64,000 nt of DNA from Candidatus Sericytochromatia bacterium (GCA_036676985.1 JAKFBU010000026.1:64001-128000); one strand, 5' to 3'; shown: positions 1 through 10,566, counted from the stretch's first letter. A program made the numbers and translations. Notes: a model not told the origin generated them from the letters alone.

Positions 1-2
1 TC

Positions 3-881
3 AGCGAGGAGCTCGAGGATCCCTTGGTCCACCTCATGCGCAACGCCATCGACCATGGCGTCGAGGGACCGGATGTCCGCGAGGCGGCCGGCAAGCCGCG
101 CATGGGCACCATCAAGCTCTCGGCGCACCACGAGGGCAACCACATCGTGATCTGCCTGGAGGACGACGGAGGCGGCATCGACCCTGCCAAGATCCTCAAG
201 AAGGCGCGTGACCTGGGGCTCGCCAACCCCGAGGCCACCTACAGCGACCTGGAGGTGCTGCAGTTCATCTTCGCGCCGGGCTTCAGCACGGCCGAGAAGG
301 TCACGGACGTCTCGGGCCGCGGCGTCGGCATGGACGTGGTCAACCAGAACATCCGCAAGCTCAAGGGCTCGATCCAGGTGGTCTCGAGCAAGGGCGAAGG
401 CACCAAGTTCATCATCAAGCTGCCCCTGACGCTCGCCATCACCAAGGCGCTCCTCGTCCGCTCGGGCGGCGAGACCTTCGCCATCCCGCTGGAGAGCGTG
501 CGCGAGAGCATCCGCCTCACGCCCGCCGACATCAAGACCATCAACGGAAAGCCCGTCACGCAGGTGCGCGATCAGGTCCTGCCCCTGTTCGAGCTACAGG
601 CGGCCTTCGGTTGGGGCGGCAGCGAGCGCGACAACCGGAATCTGCCGGTGGTCGTGGTGGGCGGCTTGAAGAAGCAGCTCGGGCTCATCGTGGATCGCCT
701 GGAAGGCGAGCAGGATATCGTCGTCAAGAACATGGGCAACTACCTGGGCGACATCTCGGGGGTGGCGGGTGCCACCATCCTGGGTGACGGCCGGGTGGCG
801 CTCATCCTCGACGTCGCGACCCTCATCGACGAGAGCGAGGGCAAGCATCGGCATGAGAGCGGCGCGTTCCACGCCGTCTAG
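3..881 (+). CDS. cheA: Chemotaxis histidine kinase CheA, C-terminal part (5' end outside window)
   Basis: HLMRNAIDHG, DDGGG, FAPGFSTAEKVTDVSGRGVGMDVV (HATPase_c) followed by a CheW-like domain. Confidence 0.96.
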   Translation, partial: SEELEDPLVHLMRNAIDHGVEGPDVREAAGKPRMGTIKLSAHHEGNHIVICLEDDGGGIDPAKILKKARDLGLANPEATYSDLEVLQFIFAPGFSTAEKVTDVSGRGVGMDVVNQNIRKLKGSIQVVSSKGEGTKFIIKLPLTLAITKALLVRSGGETFAIPLESVRESIRLTPADIKTINGKPVTQVRDQVLPLFELQAAFGWGGSERDNRNLPVVVVGGLKKQLGLIVDRLEGEQDIVVKNMGNYLGDISGVAGATILGDGRVALILDVATLIDESEGKHRHESGAFHAV

Positions 882-980
882 GCCCTAAGTCGGGCAATTA
901 CCCAGCCCTCGCCCCCGGGGCGAGGGAGGCAGGGGAAGGTGATTCCTGAAGCCACCTTCCCCCGATACAGCGAGGCGTTC

Positions 981-1847
981 ATGCTAGACCCCACCACCCA
1001 CGGGGAGCTCCTGCGCATGCGGGACCTGATCCAGGCCCACGCGGGTTTGCGGCTCGAGGAGTCGAAGCTCCTGGCCCTCTTCCCCCGACTCGGCCCGATC
1101 ATCGAGTCGGTGGGCGCCCAGGGCCTCTCGGGCCTCAACGACATGCTCATGCGGGAGATGGCCTTCGGGGCCGGCAAGGCGTGGACGGCGGTCATCCCGC
1201 TCGTCACCATCAACGAGACCTACTTCTTCCGCGAGATGCACCAGCTGGACATCTTCCGCCAGCACCTGGTGCCCGAGCTGGTCAAGCGCAACGCCGGCAG
1301 CCGGCACATCAAGATCCTGAGCGCGCCCTGCTCCAACGGTGCCGAGCCCTACACCCTCGCCATGCTCCTTGAGCAGAGCCCGGTCTCTCTGATGGGGTGG
1401 CGGCTCGAGATCCACGGGGTGGACATCGACGGGCCCATCATCGAGCAGGCCAAGGAGGGGCTCTACCCCAAGGCGAACTTCCGCGCCACGGACCAGTCGC
1501 AGCTCGATCGGTGGTTCAAGCCCGAGGCGGACAAGTACCGCATCGTGGACCGGATCCGCCAAGGGGTGACCTTCCGGCAGGGCAACCTGCTCGAGATGAG
1601 CAAGTGGCCGGGCTTTAGGGGCTTCGACGTCATCCTGTGCCGCAACCTCCTCATCTACTTCGACCAGCCGACCCAGAAGCGCCTCATCAGCCTCTTCTTC
1701 CAGGCCATGAACCCGGGCGGTTACCTGCTCTTGGGACACTCCGAGTCGCTGCTGACCCTGGGCACCGACTTCTTGCCCGATCCCAACCATCGCGCCATGG
1801 TCTACTACAAGCCGGGGGCCGAGATCCCGGCAAGGAGCGTCTTGTGA
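981..1847 (+). CDS. cheR: Chemotaxis methyltransferase CheR
   Basis: VTINETYFFRE, SAPCSNGAEPYT, FDVILCRNLLIYF, LLLGHSESL; ATG at 981 preferred over GTG at 939. Confidence 0.95.
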   Translation: MLDPTTHGELLRMRDLIQAHAGLRLEESKLLALFPRLGPIIESVGAQGLSGLNDMLMREMAFGAGKAWTAVIPLVTINETYFFREMHQLDIFRQHLVPELVKRNAGSRHIKILSAPCSNGAEPYTLAMLLEQSPVSLMGWRLEIHGVDIDGPIIEQAKEGLYPKANFRATDQSQLDRWFKPEADKYRIVDRIRQGVTFRQGNLLEMSKWPGFRGFDVILCRNLLIYFDQPTQKRLISLFFQAMNPGGYLLLGHSESLLTLGTDFLPDPNHRAMVYYKPGAEIPARSVL

Positions 1848-2923
1848 GCGAAAGCATCCGAGTCCTCGTCGTCGACGACTCCGCCTTCATGCGCCGGGCG
1901 ATCGCCCGCATGCTGACCGCGGACTCGGACATCGAGATCGTGGGCAGCGTCGGCGACGGCGCTCAGGGCCTGGAGGCGGTCAAGACCCTCAAGCCCGACG
2001 TGGTCACCATGGACATCGAGATGCCCGTGATGGACGGCCTGACGGCCCTCAAGCGCGTGATGGAGGAGAGCCCCGTCCCCGTCATCATGATGAGCACGTT
2101 GACGCAGAACGGGGCCTCTGCGACCATCCAGGCCCTATCCCTGGGGGCCTTCGACTTCGTGCCCAAGCCCGAGTCCTCGATGATCGACGTGCTGGGCGTC
2201 GAGCACGAGCTGCGCGACAAGGTCCGCGCGGCCGCGAGCTCGAAGGGACGGCGCAGGGCTACAGCGGTCGTGCCGGCCGCGCCCAAGCCGGCGCCGGCGG
2301 CTCCTGCGGCTCCTCGGCCGGTCGTGACGCGATCGCAATCCCAGTGGCCCGAGGTGGTCGCCATCGGCATCTCGACGGGCGGTCCTCCTGCTCTGCAGTC
2401 GCTGTTCGAGGCCTTGCCTGCGGACTTTCCCGTGGGCCTGGTGGTCGTCCAGCACATGCCGCCCGGCTTCACGCGTCCTCTGGCCGAGCGCTTGAACCGT
2501 ATCTGCGGCATCACCATCAAGGAGGCCGAGGACGGCGACACGGTGCAGCCCCGGCAGGTGCTCATCGCCCCGGCGGGCACCCACCTGGTGCTCAAGCGGG
2601 AGAGTGGCGCCCTCAAGGCGCGCCTCATCGACTCCTCCACCACCAAGACGTGGCACAAGCCGTCGGTGGACGTGCTTTTCGCCTCGGTCGCCCAGGTGGT
2701 GGGCCCCAAGGCCCTCGCCATCGTGATGACGGGCATGGGCAACGACGGCACGGCGGGTGCCGGGGCCCTCAAGAGCCAGGGCGGCGAGATCTGGAGCCAG
2801 GACGAGGCCTCGAGCGTCGTGTATGGCATGCCGCGCACGGTCTACGAGTCGGGCGTGGTGGACCGGGTGCTGTCTTTGCAGGCGATTCCGCAGGCGCTCA
2901 AGAGTCTGGTGGGCATGGCTTAA
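1844..2923 (+). CDS. cheB: Chemotaxis response regulator methylesterase CheB
   Basis: Receiver domain (VLVVDDSAFMR, DIEMPVMDG) plus esterase motifs ISTGGP, VQHMP, MTGMGNDG; GTG overlaps the cheR stop. Confidence 0.96.
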   Translation: MSESIRVLVVDDSAFMRRAIARMLTADSDIEIVGSVGDGAQGLEAVKTLKPDVVTMDIEMPVMDGLTALKRVMEESPVPVIMMSTLTQNGASATIQALSLGAFDFVPKPESSMIDVLGVEHELRDKVRAAASSKGRRRATAVVPAAPKPAPAAPAAPRPVVTRSQSQWPEVVAIGISTGGPPALQSLFEALPADFPVGLVVVQHMPPGFTRPLAERLNRICGITIKEAEDGDTVQPRQVLIAPAGTHLVLKRESGALKARLIDSSTTKTWHKPSVDVLFASVAQVVGPKALAIVMTGMGNDGTAGAGALKSQGGEIWSQDEASSVVYGMPRTVYESGVVDRVLSLQAIPQALKSLVGMA

Positions 2924-3039
2924 GTGCCCATCTCTGGCGCTCGCGGCGGGCGGCGTTCCGGGAAATTCCAAAGCCTCGCGAAGGCGATCGGGAGATTGGA
3001 ATTTGCCTACACGCCACCCACCGCTCGCACGCTCACTTA
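2921..3039. repeat. 119-bp imperfect palindromic element with TAAGTG...CACTTA ends
   Basis: Nested inverted repeats GCGGCGGGCGGCGT/ACGCCACCCACCGC and AAATTCCAA/TTGGAATTT; begins at the cheB TAA. Confidence 0.55.
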
Positions 3040-3049
3040 TTCAGCATAT

Positions 3050-3075
3050 AAGGGGCCGCCATCAGGCGGCCCCTT
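3050..3075. terminator. Hairpin terminator between convergent cheB and porin genes
   Basis: AAGGGGCCGCC-ATCA-GGCGGCCCCTT. Confidence 0.7.
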
Positions 3076-3089
3076 CGGCTTTTCTGGCC

Positions 3090-4148
3090 CTAGAAGGTCA
3101 GCGAGGTGTGCAGGGCGACGACGTTGGTGTTGGTCGTGCCCGTGCCGGTGTTGAAGGTGACGTTCTGGTTGTCGAGCACCACGCGCACGCCCTTGACGGG
3201 CGTGAGGCCGAAGCCGACGAGGGTCTCCAGGCGATCGCCGCCGTCCGCGCCCAGCGTGCCGTCGATGCTGTCGGCGCGCACGATGAGCTCGGGGCTCGGC
3301 AGGCCGGGGATGGCCAGCCCGAAGATGCCCAGGGCCGAGAGGATCTGGCCGGTGCTGACCGGGGCGGTCGCAGCACCCTGGTCCCACATGCGGGTGCCGC
3401 CCACTCCGAGCTTGAGGCCGCCCGTGCTGTAGCCCATAAAGGCGCCAGCGCGTTCCTGCTGGGCGATGCCCGACGCGTTGTGCCGGCTGCCGAGAGCCGT
3501 CAGTTCGAGGCCCTGCAGGGGGGAGACGGTGACGCGCGCCTGATAGGATTTCTGACCGTCCGTCTCGTTGGCCCGGAAGCCCTCGCCGTTGAAGATGGCC
3601 GCGGCGTAGCCGAAGGCCCCGTGGTTGCCGATGAGCTTGAGGCCCTTGTCCCAGGACTGGACGTAGGCCGTGCCCCGGGCGAGCCCCCCCGCGATGGGCG
3701 CGCTGCCAAGCATGCGTAGGCCCGAGAAGCCGTACTCGTAGTCGGTCCATGGCAGGGAGACCATGCCGAACTGCAGGGTGCTGCCGGGGTAGAGGCCGTC
3801 GGCCTGGAGGTAGGCCATCTTGAGCAGCATGTTGGCGGGCTCGGTCTGGGTGGTGGTCGTCACGCCCGTGACCACGCCGCCGGCCGAGGTGCTCGTGACC
3901 CGGGAGACCCACGTCTCGGGGGCCAGATCCAGGGTGATGTTGCCGGACCAGGCCTCATTGAACCGCACCTTGCCGTTGAGGTAGCTGCGCGTCAGGTTGA
4001 AGCCCTGAGGCCCCGTGGGGGTGGGCACCGAGTAGTCCGCGAAGATGGTGCCCGAGACGGAGGCGACGGGCTTCGCCTCCTGGGCGAGTGCCGGGGCCTG
4101 GAGCCCGATCGACAGGGCGAGCAGAGCGAGGAAGGTGGGAGCTTTCAC
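3090..4148 (-). CDS. Outer-membrane porin-like beta-barrel protein
   Basis: Signal peptide (ALA-QE), FNLTRSY, LLKMAYLQ, IFNGEGF, C-terminal Phe; GTG at 4148 preceded by AAGGAG. Confidence 0.65.
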   Translation of the reverse strand: MKAPTFLALLALSIGLQAPALAQEAKPVASVSGTIFADYSVPTPTGPQGFNLTRSYLNGKVRFNEAWSGNITLDLAPETWVSRVTSTSAGGVVTGVTTTTQTEPANMLLKMAYLQADGLYPGSTLQFGMVSLPWTDYEYGFSGLRMLGSAPIAGGLARGTAYVQSWDKGLKLIGNHGAFGYAAAIFNGEGFRANETDGQKSYQARVTVSPLQGLELTALGSRHNASGIAQQERAGAFMGYSTGGLKLGVGGTRMWDQGAATAPVSTGQILSALGIFGLAIPGLPSPELIVRADSIDGTLGADGGDRLETLVGFGLTPVKGVRVVLDNQNVTFNTGTGTTNTNVVALHTSLTF

Positions 4149-4167
4149 GGTCTTCTCCTTTGGCAAC

Positions 4168-6219
4168 TTACAGGCGGGTAGGCAGTGAGAGGGGGCGCTG
4201 GGCGGGGATGCGAGCCTCCGTGCTAGCAGCGTCCGAGAGCTTGAAGAAGGCGATCGCCTCCTGGAGGGCGCGGCCCTCCGCGTTGAGGCTATCCGCCGCC
4301 CGGGACACCTGGTCCGTGGCGGACGACGCCTCTTGGGCGCTGCGGCTGAGGCTCTCGACGGCCAGGACCACCTGGCTCGCCCCCTGCCGCTGCTCGGCGG
4401 TCGCGTAGGCCACGGACCGGGTCAGCTGGTCCATGCCCGCCACGGCCTCGGTGACGTGTTGGTTGACGTTCGCCATCTGCTCGGAGGCCGCCACGATCTG
4501 GGCGCTGGCGCGCGCCTGCTCTCCGGTGGCGGCCGCCACCTCGTTGAGGAGGTTCGTGACCTGCTGGGAGGCGCCCTTGATGCGGGTGAGGGCCTCGCGG
4601 GTGTGCGCGGCGAGCTGGACCCCCTCCTCGACCTTCCGGGCTCCTTCCTCGGTGACGCCGACGGCCTGCAGGGTCTCCTTCTGGATGCCCTTGATGAGGT
4701 CGCCGATTTCCCGGGTGGCCTTCGCAGAGCGCTCGGCGAGCTTTCGGACCTCGTCGGCGACCACCGCGAAGCCGCGGCCCGCCTCACCTGCACGCGCCGC
4801 CTCGATGGCGGCGTTCAAGGCCAGGAGGTTGGTCTGCTCGGCGATGTCGTCGATGACCTCGATGATGGCGCCGATCTCGCCCGAGCGCTCATCGAGGACG
4901 CGGATGGTCTGCTGGATGCCCTGCATGGTGTCGGCGATGGAGGCCATGCCCGCACTGGCCTGGGCGACCGCGGTCTCGCCCGCTTGCGCCTCGTCGGAGG
5001 CCCGGGACGCGACCTGGTTGGCATGGCCGACGTTGCCCGCCACCTGCTGGACGGAGGCCGCCAGCTCGGTGATGGAGGCCGTGGTCTGGGTGACGGCCGC
5101 GGCGAGTTCGTCGGACTGGCCCCGCACGAGCGTGACCTTGGAGCCCAGATCCTGGGCATGGCGATCGACCGACTGGATGTTGGCGGCCATCTGCTCGATG
5201 GCGGCCGAGGTCTCCTCGGCGCTCGAGGCCTGGACCGAGACCGTCTGGTGCAGCTCGCCGCTGGAGCTTGCGATCTGGTGAGCGCCGGCGCCCACGGCGT
5301 CCGAGACGTGCCGCACCCGCTGGACGATCTCGCGCAGGCTCTCGACCATGTGGGCGATCGCGTTGCCCAGCTGATCCCGCGGGCTCTTGGGCGTAATGGT
5401 GCGGCTCAGGTCCCCCTGGCTCATGGCCGTGGCGATGCCCGCGACCTCGTGGAGGTAAGCGATCATCTGGCCGAAGCTCCGGGCCATCTCGCCGATCTCG
5501 TCGTCGCGCCGGATATCGATCGCGCGGTCGAGCTCGCCGCCCGCGATGCCCTGGGCGGCCTCCTTCATCTGCCGGATCGGCTCGACGATCGAGCGGGCGA
5601 GCAGCAGCGCCATGAGGACGGCGAGCCCGATCGCTCCGAGGAGGACGAGGATCGTCACCGCGAGGGTGGTGGCTGCCGCCCGCTTGGAGGCCTCGTAGCG
5701 CTTGCCGGCGCCCGCCTGGATGTCGTCGTGCAGCTTGGTGATCGCCGCTTCGGCCAGGAGGAAGTGGTCGCGGCCGTCCCGCTCCAGGAGCCACGCGGCC
5801 TTTACCGCGCCGGACTCGGCCTTCACGCGGGAGGCCTGCTGGATGAGCGAGAGGAAGGTTCCGGCCTCGTTTCGGAAGCTGGTCATGGTCGCCGCGTCGG
5901 CCTGGGCCGCGTCCCGCCGCGCGAAGGCGGACACCAGCTGCTGGAAGTCGCCGATGTCGCCGTCGATGGTCTTGGCGATCGCCGCTTCCTTCTCGGCCGA
6001 GGGCGCTCCGACGTAACGATGGGCGCCCACCCGCAGGTTGTGGAGCATGGCCAGGATCTCGGCCGTCTCGTTCAGCTCCTGGAGGTCGGTTTCGTACGTG
6101 GTCGCGAGCATCCCCTGGATGTTACGGGTCGAGACGACGGCCACCCCCCCGAGCAGCGCGATCAACAGGATCATGGCCAAGAAGCCGCCGAAAATCTTGG
6201 TGCGAAGCGTCATGCGCAT
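4168..6219 (-). CDS. Methyl-accepting chemotaxis protein (2 TM, periplasmic sensor, HAMP)
   Basis: [38 protein letters not shown] signalling hairpin; [12 protein letters not shown]. Confidence 0.96.
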   Translation of the reverse strand: MRMTLRTKIFGGFLAMILLIALLGGVAVVSTRNIQGMLATTYETDLQELNETAEILAMLHNLRVGAHRYVGAPSAEKEAAIAKTIDGDIGDFQQLVSAFARRDAAQADAATMTSFRNEAGTFLSLIQQASRVKAESGAVKAAWLLERDGRDHFLLAEAAITKLHDDIQAGAGKRYEASKRAAATTLAVTILVLLGAIGLAVLMALLLARSIVEPIRQMKEAAQGIAGGELDRAIDIRRDDEIGEMARSFGQMIAYLHEVAGIATAMSQGDLSRTITPKSPRDQLGNAIAHMVESLREIVQRVRHVSDAVGAGAHQIASSSGELHQTVSVQASSAEETSAAIEQMAANIQSVDRHAQDLGSKVTLVRGQSDELAAAVTQTTASITELAASVQQVAGNVGHANQVASRASDEAQAGETAVAQASAGMASIADTMQGIQQTIRVLDERSGEIGAIIEVIDDIAEQTNLLALNAAIEAARAGEAGRGFAVVADEVRKLAERSAKATREIGDLIKGIQKETLQAVGVTEEGARKVEEGVQLAAHTREALTRIKGASQQVTNLLNEVAAATGEQARASAQIVAASEQMANVNQHVTEAVAGMDQLTRSVAYATAEQRQGASQVVLAVESLSRSAQEASSATDQVSRAADSLNAEGRALQEAIAFFKLSDAASTEARIPAQRPLSLPTRL

Positions 6220-6555
6220 GGAGTCCTCCGCTATGAGGGCGTATCTAGGCCCTTCCCGGGTATTCCTTCCGAGTGATACCCGCCTGCCCGCTTTAATTCA
6301 ACGTCATGCGCCGAACTGTTACGTATCGTTAGAAAATGGGCGGTTTATCCCGGCAAAAAAGTCCCGGGTGGAGGTAGGTCGTGCGCAAAACGGGGCGAAA
6401 GCGGGGATTTTAGACTGCAGTATAGGTAATTCGCGGGCCGGTGATTGTGAAGAGCTCCGTTACAAAGCAGCGACGGCCTGGCCATGCCGTACAATGAGGA
6501 GGGAACGGGTGTCCTGCTTCGTTTAAGGAGTCCCGCCCACGCGTAAGAAGAAGAT

Positions 6556-8655
6556 ATGGCAACCCGTACGGTAGGTACTGGCACCCCGAGCACGGGGCTC
6601 AATCGGATACTGCAGCAGAGCGACGTCGTCCTGGCGATCCTGATGGTCGTCATCGTCGCCATGCTGATCATTCCGCTGCCGACCGCCCTGCTGGACATCT
6701 TCCTGGTCTTCAACATCACGGGCAGCTTGTTGGTCCTGCTCCTGGCGCTCTACGTCAAGGAGCCGGTCGCCCTCAACACCTTCCCGACCATCCTGCTGGT
6801 CCTGACGCTGTTCCGGCTCGCCCTCAACGTCTCGACCTCCCGGCTCATCCTCCTGAACGGCGAGGCGGGGCACGTCGTCGAGGCGTTCGGAAACTTCGTC
6901 ATCCAGGGCAACTACGCGGTCGGTATCGTCATCTTCCTGATCCTGATCGTCATCCAGTTCGTGGTCATCACCAACGGATCGGGCCGCATCTCGGAAGTGG
7001 CGGCGCGTTTCACCCTGGACGCCATGCCCGGTAAGCAGATGGCCATCGACGCGGACATGAACTCGGGGCTCATCGACGAGACGCAGGCCCGCGAGCGCCG
7101 CAAGGCCCTGCAGCGCGAGGCCGACTTCTACGGGACCATGGACGGTGCCACCAAGTTCACCAAGGGCGACGCCACCGCGGGCCTGGTCATCACGGTGGTC
7201 AACATCGTGGGCGGCATCCTGATCGGCGTCTTCCAGCAGGGGCGCGAGATCGTCCAGGCCCTCCAGACCTATACGTTGCTCACCATCGGCGACGGCCTGG
7301 TGTCTGCCATCCCGGCCCTGCTCATCTCGACCGGCACGGGCATCCTGGTCTCGCGGGCGGCCTCCGAGGAGAACCTGGGCCGCGAGATCTCGGGCCAGAT
7401 CCTGGCGGACCCCAAGCCCCTCATGATCGTCTCGGGCATGCTCGTGGCCATGTCGGTCGTGCCGGGCTTGCCCACGATTCCCTTCTTGACGGTCGGCGCC
7501 GGCGTGGGCTGGCTCGCTTACGTGCTGCGCCAGAACATGAAGGTCGAGGCCGCGGCCGCCGAGGCCGCCGAGGCGGCCAAGGCCACCGAGGCCGACGTGA
7601 TGCCCAAGGGCCCCGAGAACGTCATGAACCTCCTGAAGATCGATCCGATGGAGCTCGAGATCGGTTACCGTCTGATCCCCCTGGTGGATGCGGCGCAGGG
7701 CGGCGACCTCCTGGATCGGATCACCATGATCCGCCGTCAGACGGCCATCAAGCTCGGCATCGTCCTGCCGCCCATCCGCGTCCGCGACAACCTCCAGCTC
7801 AAGCCCAAGGAGTACCGCATCAACCTCCGGGGCATCGAGATCTCGCGCGGCGAGATCCAGATCGACCACTACATGGCCATGAACTCGGGCATGGCCTTCG
7901 AGGAGATCGAGGGCATCCCGACCGTCGAGCCGGTCTTCGGGCTGCCGGCCGTCTGGATCAGCGAGGACCAGAAGGAGCGCGCGGAGCTTGCGGGCTACAC
8001 CATCTTCGACGCCTCGAGCGTGGTGGCCACCCACCTGACGGAGGTCATCAAGGCGCATGCGCCCGAGATCCTCACGCGCCAGGACGTCCAGGGCCTGCTG
8101 GACAATATCAAGCAGGACGCACCCGCCGTCGTCTCCGAGCTGGTCCCGGATCTGCTCGGCGTGGGCGACATCCAGAAGGTGCTCCAGAACCTCCTCAAGG
8201 ACCGGGTCTCCATCCGGGACCTCATGCCCATCCTCGAGAGCCTCGCGACCAACGCCCGCCTGACCAAGGACCTCGACATGCTCACCGAGCATGCGCGCTC
8301 GAGCCTGGCGCGCGCCATCTGCAAGGGCGCGCTCGCCCCGGATGGCAGCCTGCCGGTCATCACGATCGACCCCAACCTCGAGCAGCTCCTGGGCAACTCG
8401 ATCCAGGTCACGGATCAAGGAGCCTTCGTCGCTCTGGAGCCCGGCATGGCGAGCAAGCTCGTCCGGAGCGTGTCGGACGTCCTGGAGCGGGTCATGGCCC
8501 AGGGCAACCAGCCGGTCGTGCTCTGCTCCTCCAAGGTTCGCCTGGTGTTCCGGCGCCTCATCGAGCGCAAGTTCCCGCACCTGATGGTGATGGCTTACAA
8601 CGAGGTCGTTCCCTCCACCACCGAGGTGCGCTCGTTGGGCGTCATCGGGCTGTAG
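6556..8655 (+). CDS. flhA: Flagellar export apparatus protein FlhA
   Basis: RISEVAARFTLDAMPGKQMAIDAD, FYGTMDGATKF, ELEIGYRLIPLVD. Confidence 0.96.
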   Translation: MATRTVGTGTPSTGLNRILQQSDVVLAILMVVIVAMLIIPLPTALLDIFLVFNITGSLLVLLLALYVKEPVALNTFPTILLVLTLFRLALNVSTSRLILLNGEAGHVVEAFGNFVIQGNYAVGIVIFLILIVIQFVVITNGSGRISEVAARFTLDAMPGKQMAIDADMNSGLIDETQARERRKALQREADFYGTMDGATKFTKGDATAGLVITVVNIVGGILIGVFQQGREIVQALQTYTLLTIGDGLVSAIPALLISTGTGILVSRAASEENLGREISGQILADPKPLMIVSGMLVAMSVVPGLPTIPFLTVGAGVGWLAYVLRQNMKVEAAAAEAAEAAKATEADVMPKGPENVMNLLKIDPMELEIGYRLIPLVDAAQGGDLLDRITMIRRQTAIKLGIVLPPIRVRDNLQLKPKEYRINLRGIEISRGEIQIDHYMAMNSGMAFEEIEGIPTVEPVFGLPAVWISEDQKERAELAGYTIFDASSVVATHLTEVIKAHAPEILTRQDVQGLLDNIKQDAPAVVSELVPDLLGVGDIQKVLQNLLKDRVSIRDLMPILESLATNARLTKDLDMLTEHARSSLARAICKGALAPDGSLPVITIDPNLEQLLGNSIQVTDQGAFVALEPGMASKLVRSVSDVLERVMAQGNQPVVLCSSKVRLVFRRLIERKFPHLMVMAYNEVVPSTTEVRSLGVIGL

Positions 8656-8664
8656 GGGGGCGGC

Positions 8665-9327
8665 ATGAAGGTTCCCATCCAGTCGGGTCAAACCCTCCAG
8701 GTCCTGGTGCCCGTGGGTCATCGCACCGTCCAGTGCACGGCCGTGGTGACGGAGCTCGGGGGCAAGACCTTCGACACGGGCCTGCCCCAGCGCCACGGCG
8801 TCAAGATCCCGGTCGAGGTCGACCAGCTGACCGTCACCCTGACCATGCCGGACGCCATCTACACCATGCGCTGTGCGGTGGTGGTGGTGAACGAAGAGGG
8901 CATGACCCTGGCCTTGCCTGCCGCCGACGAGGTCCAGCGCGTCCAGCGCCGTCAGTTCGTGCGCGTCCAGACCAACCTGCCCTGCTGCGCCGAGGTGGAG
9001 CTCGCGGAGCCCGCCGGGGAGTTCGGCCCGCCCGTCCAGGGCGAGCTGCAGGACATCTCGGGCGGGGGGTGCTCGGCGCTGTTTCCGACGGAGTTCAAGC
9101 GCGGGGAGCTGCTGCGGCTCACCATGGACGTCCCCGAGGAAGGCGAGATGGTCCTGTTCGGGCGCGTCATGCGCTCCTCCACGCTGCACACCCGCAAGGG
9201 CGTGCGCTACACGGTGGGCCTCGACTTCGGCAAGATGGAGGAGAGCCTGCGCAGCAAGCTCATCCGGTACGTGTTCGCCCTGCAGCGCGAGATCGCGCGC
9301 AAGAACAAGATGGTGCGAGGCTTCTAG
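8665..9327 (+). CDS. YcgR-like flagellar brake protein (PilZ domain)
   Basis: QRRQFVR (RxxxR) and DISGGG (DxSxxG); located in the flhA operon. Confidence 0.85.
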   Translation: MKVPIQSGQTLQVLVPVGHRTVQCTAVVTELGGKTFDTGLPQRHGVKIPVEVDQLTVTLTMPDAIYTMRCAVVVVNEEGMTLALPAADEVQRVQRRQFVRVQTNLPCCAEVELAEPAGEFGPPVQGELQDISGGGCSALFPTEFKRGELLRLTMDVPEEGEMVLFGRVMRSSTLHTRKGVRYTVGLDFGKMEESLRSKLIRYVFALQREIARKNKMVRGF

Positions 9328-9330
9328 GCC

Positions 9331-9669
9331 ATGACGGAACGCAACTGGGGCATGATCCTCGGGGTCCTGAGCGGCCTGGTCATCTTCGCCGTCGCCCTCC
9401 TGTCGGGTGTCTCGGAGGAGACGGCCTTCGTGCGCGCCCTGTTGGCGAGCCTGGTGGGCGCCTTCATCGGCTTCGGGTTCAACTACCTGGGGTCGTCCGT
9501 GGTGCCGCCCGCTCAGCCCACCAAGGGCCGCAGCTTCGACGTGACCCTGCCGGACACCGGCGCGGACGATCGCGTCCTCGAGAACGCCGTGCCCAAGCCG
9601 AGCGACTTCGTGCCCATGGACCTCACGCAGGCCGCGCGCGTCGTTCAGCAGTCGGGGCGAAACGACTAA
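9331..9669 (+). CDS. Two-TM hypothetical membrane protein upstream of fliA
   Basis: Two hydrophobic helices, acidic tail ending FVPMDLTQAARVVQ; typical codon usage. Confidence 0.75.
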   Translation: MTERNWGMILGVLSGLVIFAVALLSGVSEETAFVRALLASLVGAFIGFGFNYLGSSVVPPAQPTKGRSFDVTLPDTGADDRVLENAVPKPSDFVPMDLTQAARVVQQSGRND

Positions 9670-9768
9670 CCCGGCATGCCGTGGGGTATAATCGGGTAAG
9701 GTCTTCACGCATGCCCGCCCGACTCCACCGTTTTCGGGCCGCGGGGGCCCCGTGACCAAGGAGGATGG

Positions 9769-10566
9769 ATGGCGGCGACCAGCACCGCGCAACTTTGGCA
9801 GAAGTTCACGGCCGACAAGGACAAGTCGAGCCGTGAGCAGCTCATCATGCAGTACGCGCCGCTGGTTCGCTACGTGGTCGGCCGCCTCGCCGTGACGCTG
9901 CCCCCGACCATCGACCAGGACGACCTCTTCGGGTACGGCGTCATCGGGCTCATCCACGCCATCGAGCGCTTCAGCCCGGAGCGGGGCGTCAAGTTCGAGA
10001 CCTACGCCATCACCCGGATCCGGGGCGCGGTCATCGACGAGCTGCGGAGCCAGGACTGGGTGCCTCGCTCGGTCCGCTCCCGCGCCCGCGAGCTCTCGGG
10101 GGCCATCTCCCAGCTCGAGGGCAAGCTCGGCCGCCATCCCAACGACGACGAGATCGCCCAGGCCATGGGCATCAGCCGTCAGGAGCTGGGCGGCATGATG
10201 ACGCAGGCCACCTCCCCCTTCCTGTCCCTGGACGAGCTCGTCCAGGTCGGCGACGACGGTCAGAGCATCAACTGGCTCGACACCATGGTCGACGATCGCC
10301 CGGGCCCCAGCGCCCAGCTCGAGGAGGTCGAGTTCAAGCAGCAGCTCGCCAAGGCCATCGATAGCCTGCCCGAGCGCGAGAAGCAGCTCCTGGCCCTCTA
10401 CTACCACGAGGGCCTCACGCTCAAGGAGATCGGCCAGGTGCTGGGCGTCTCCGAGTCCCGTGTCTGCCAACTCCATACCCAGGCCGCCCTGCGCATCCGG
10501 ACCGCGATCAACCGTTATCTGGGCATCACCGACAGCAAGCCGGTCAAGTCCCCCAAGAAGTCGTGA
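9769..10566 (+). CDS. fliA: RNA polymerase sigma factor sigma28 (FliA/WhiG)
   Basis: KFETYAITRIRGAVIDELRSQDWVPRSVR; TLKEIGQVLGVSESRVCQLH. Confidence 0.95.
   Translation: MAATSTAQLWQKFTADKDKSSREQLIMQYAPLVRYVVGRLAVTLPPTIDQDDLFGYGVIGLIHAIERFSPERGVKFETYAITRIRGAVIDELRSQDWVPRSVRSRARELSGAISQLEGKLGRHPNDDEIAQAMGISRQELGGMMTQATSPFLSLDELVQVGDDGQSINWLDTMVDDRPGPSAQLEEVEFKQQLAKAIDSLPEREKQLLALYYHEGLTLKEIGQVLGVSESRVCQLHTQAALRIRTAINRYLGITDSKPVKSPKKS

Noticed and set aside
2921-3039. Integron attC interpretation of the hairpin
   Set aside because: No RYYYAAC/GTTRRRY ends, no cassette array, no integrase
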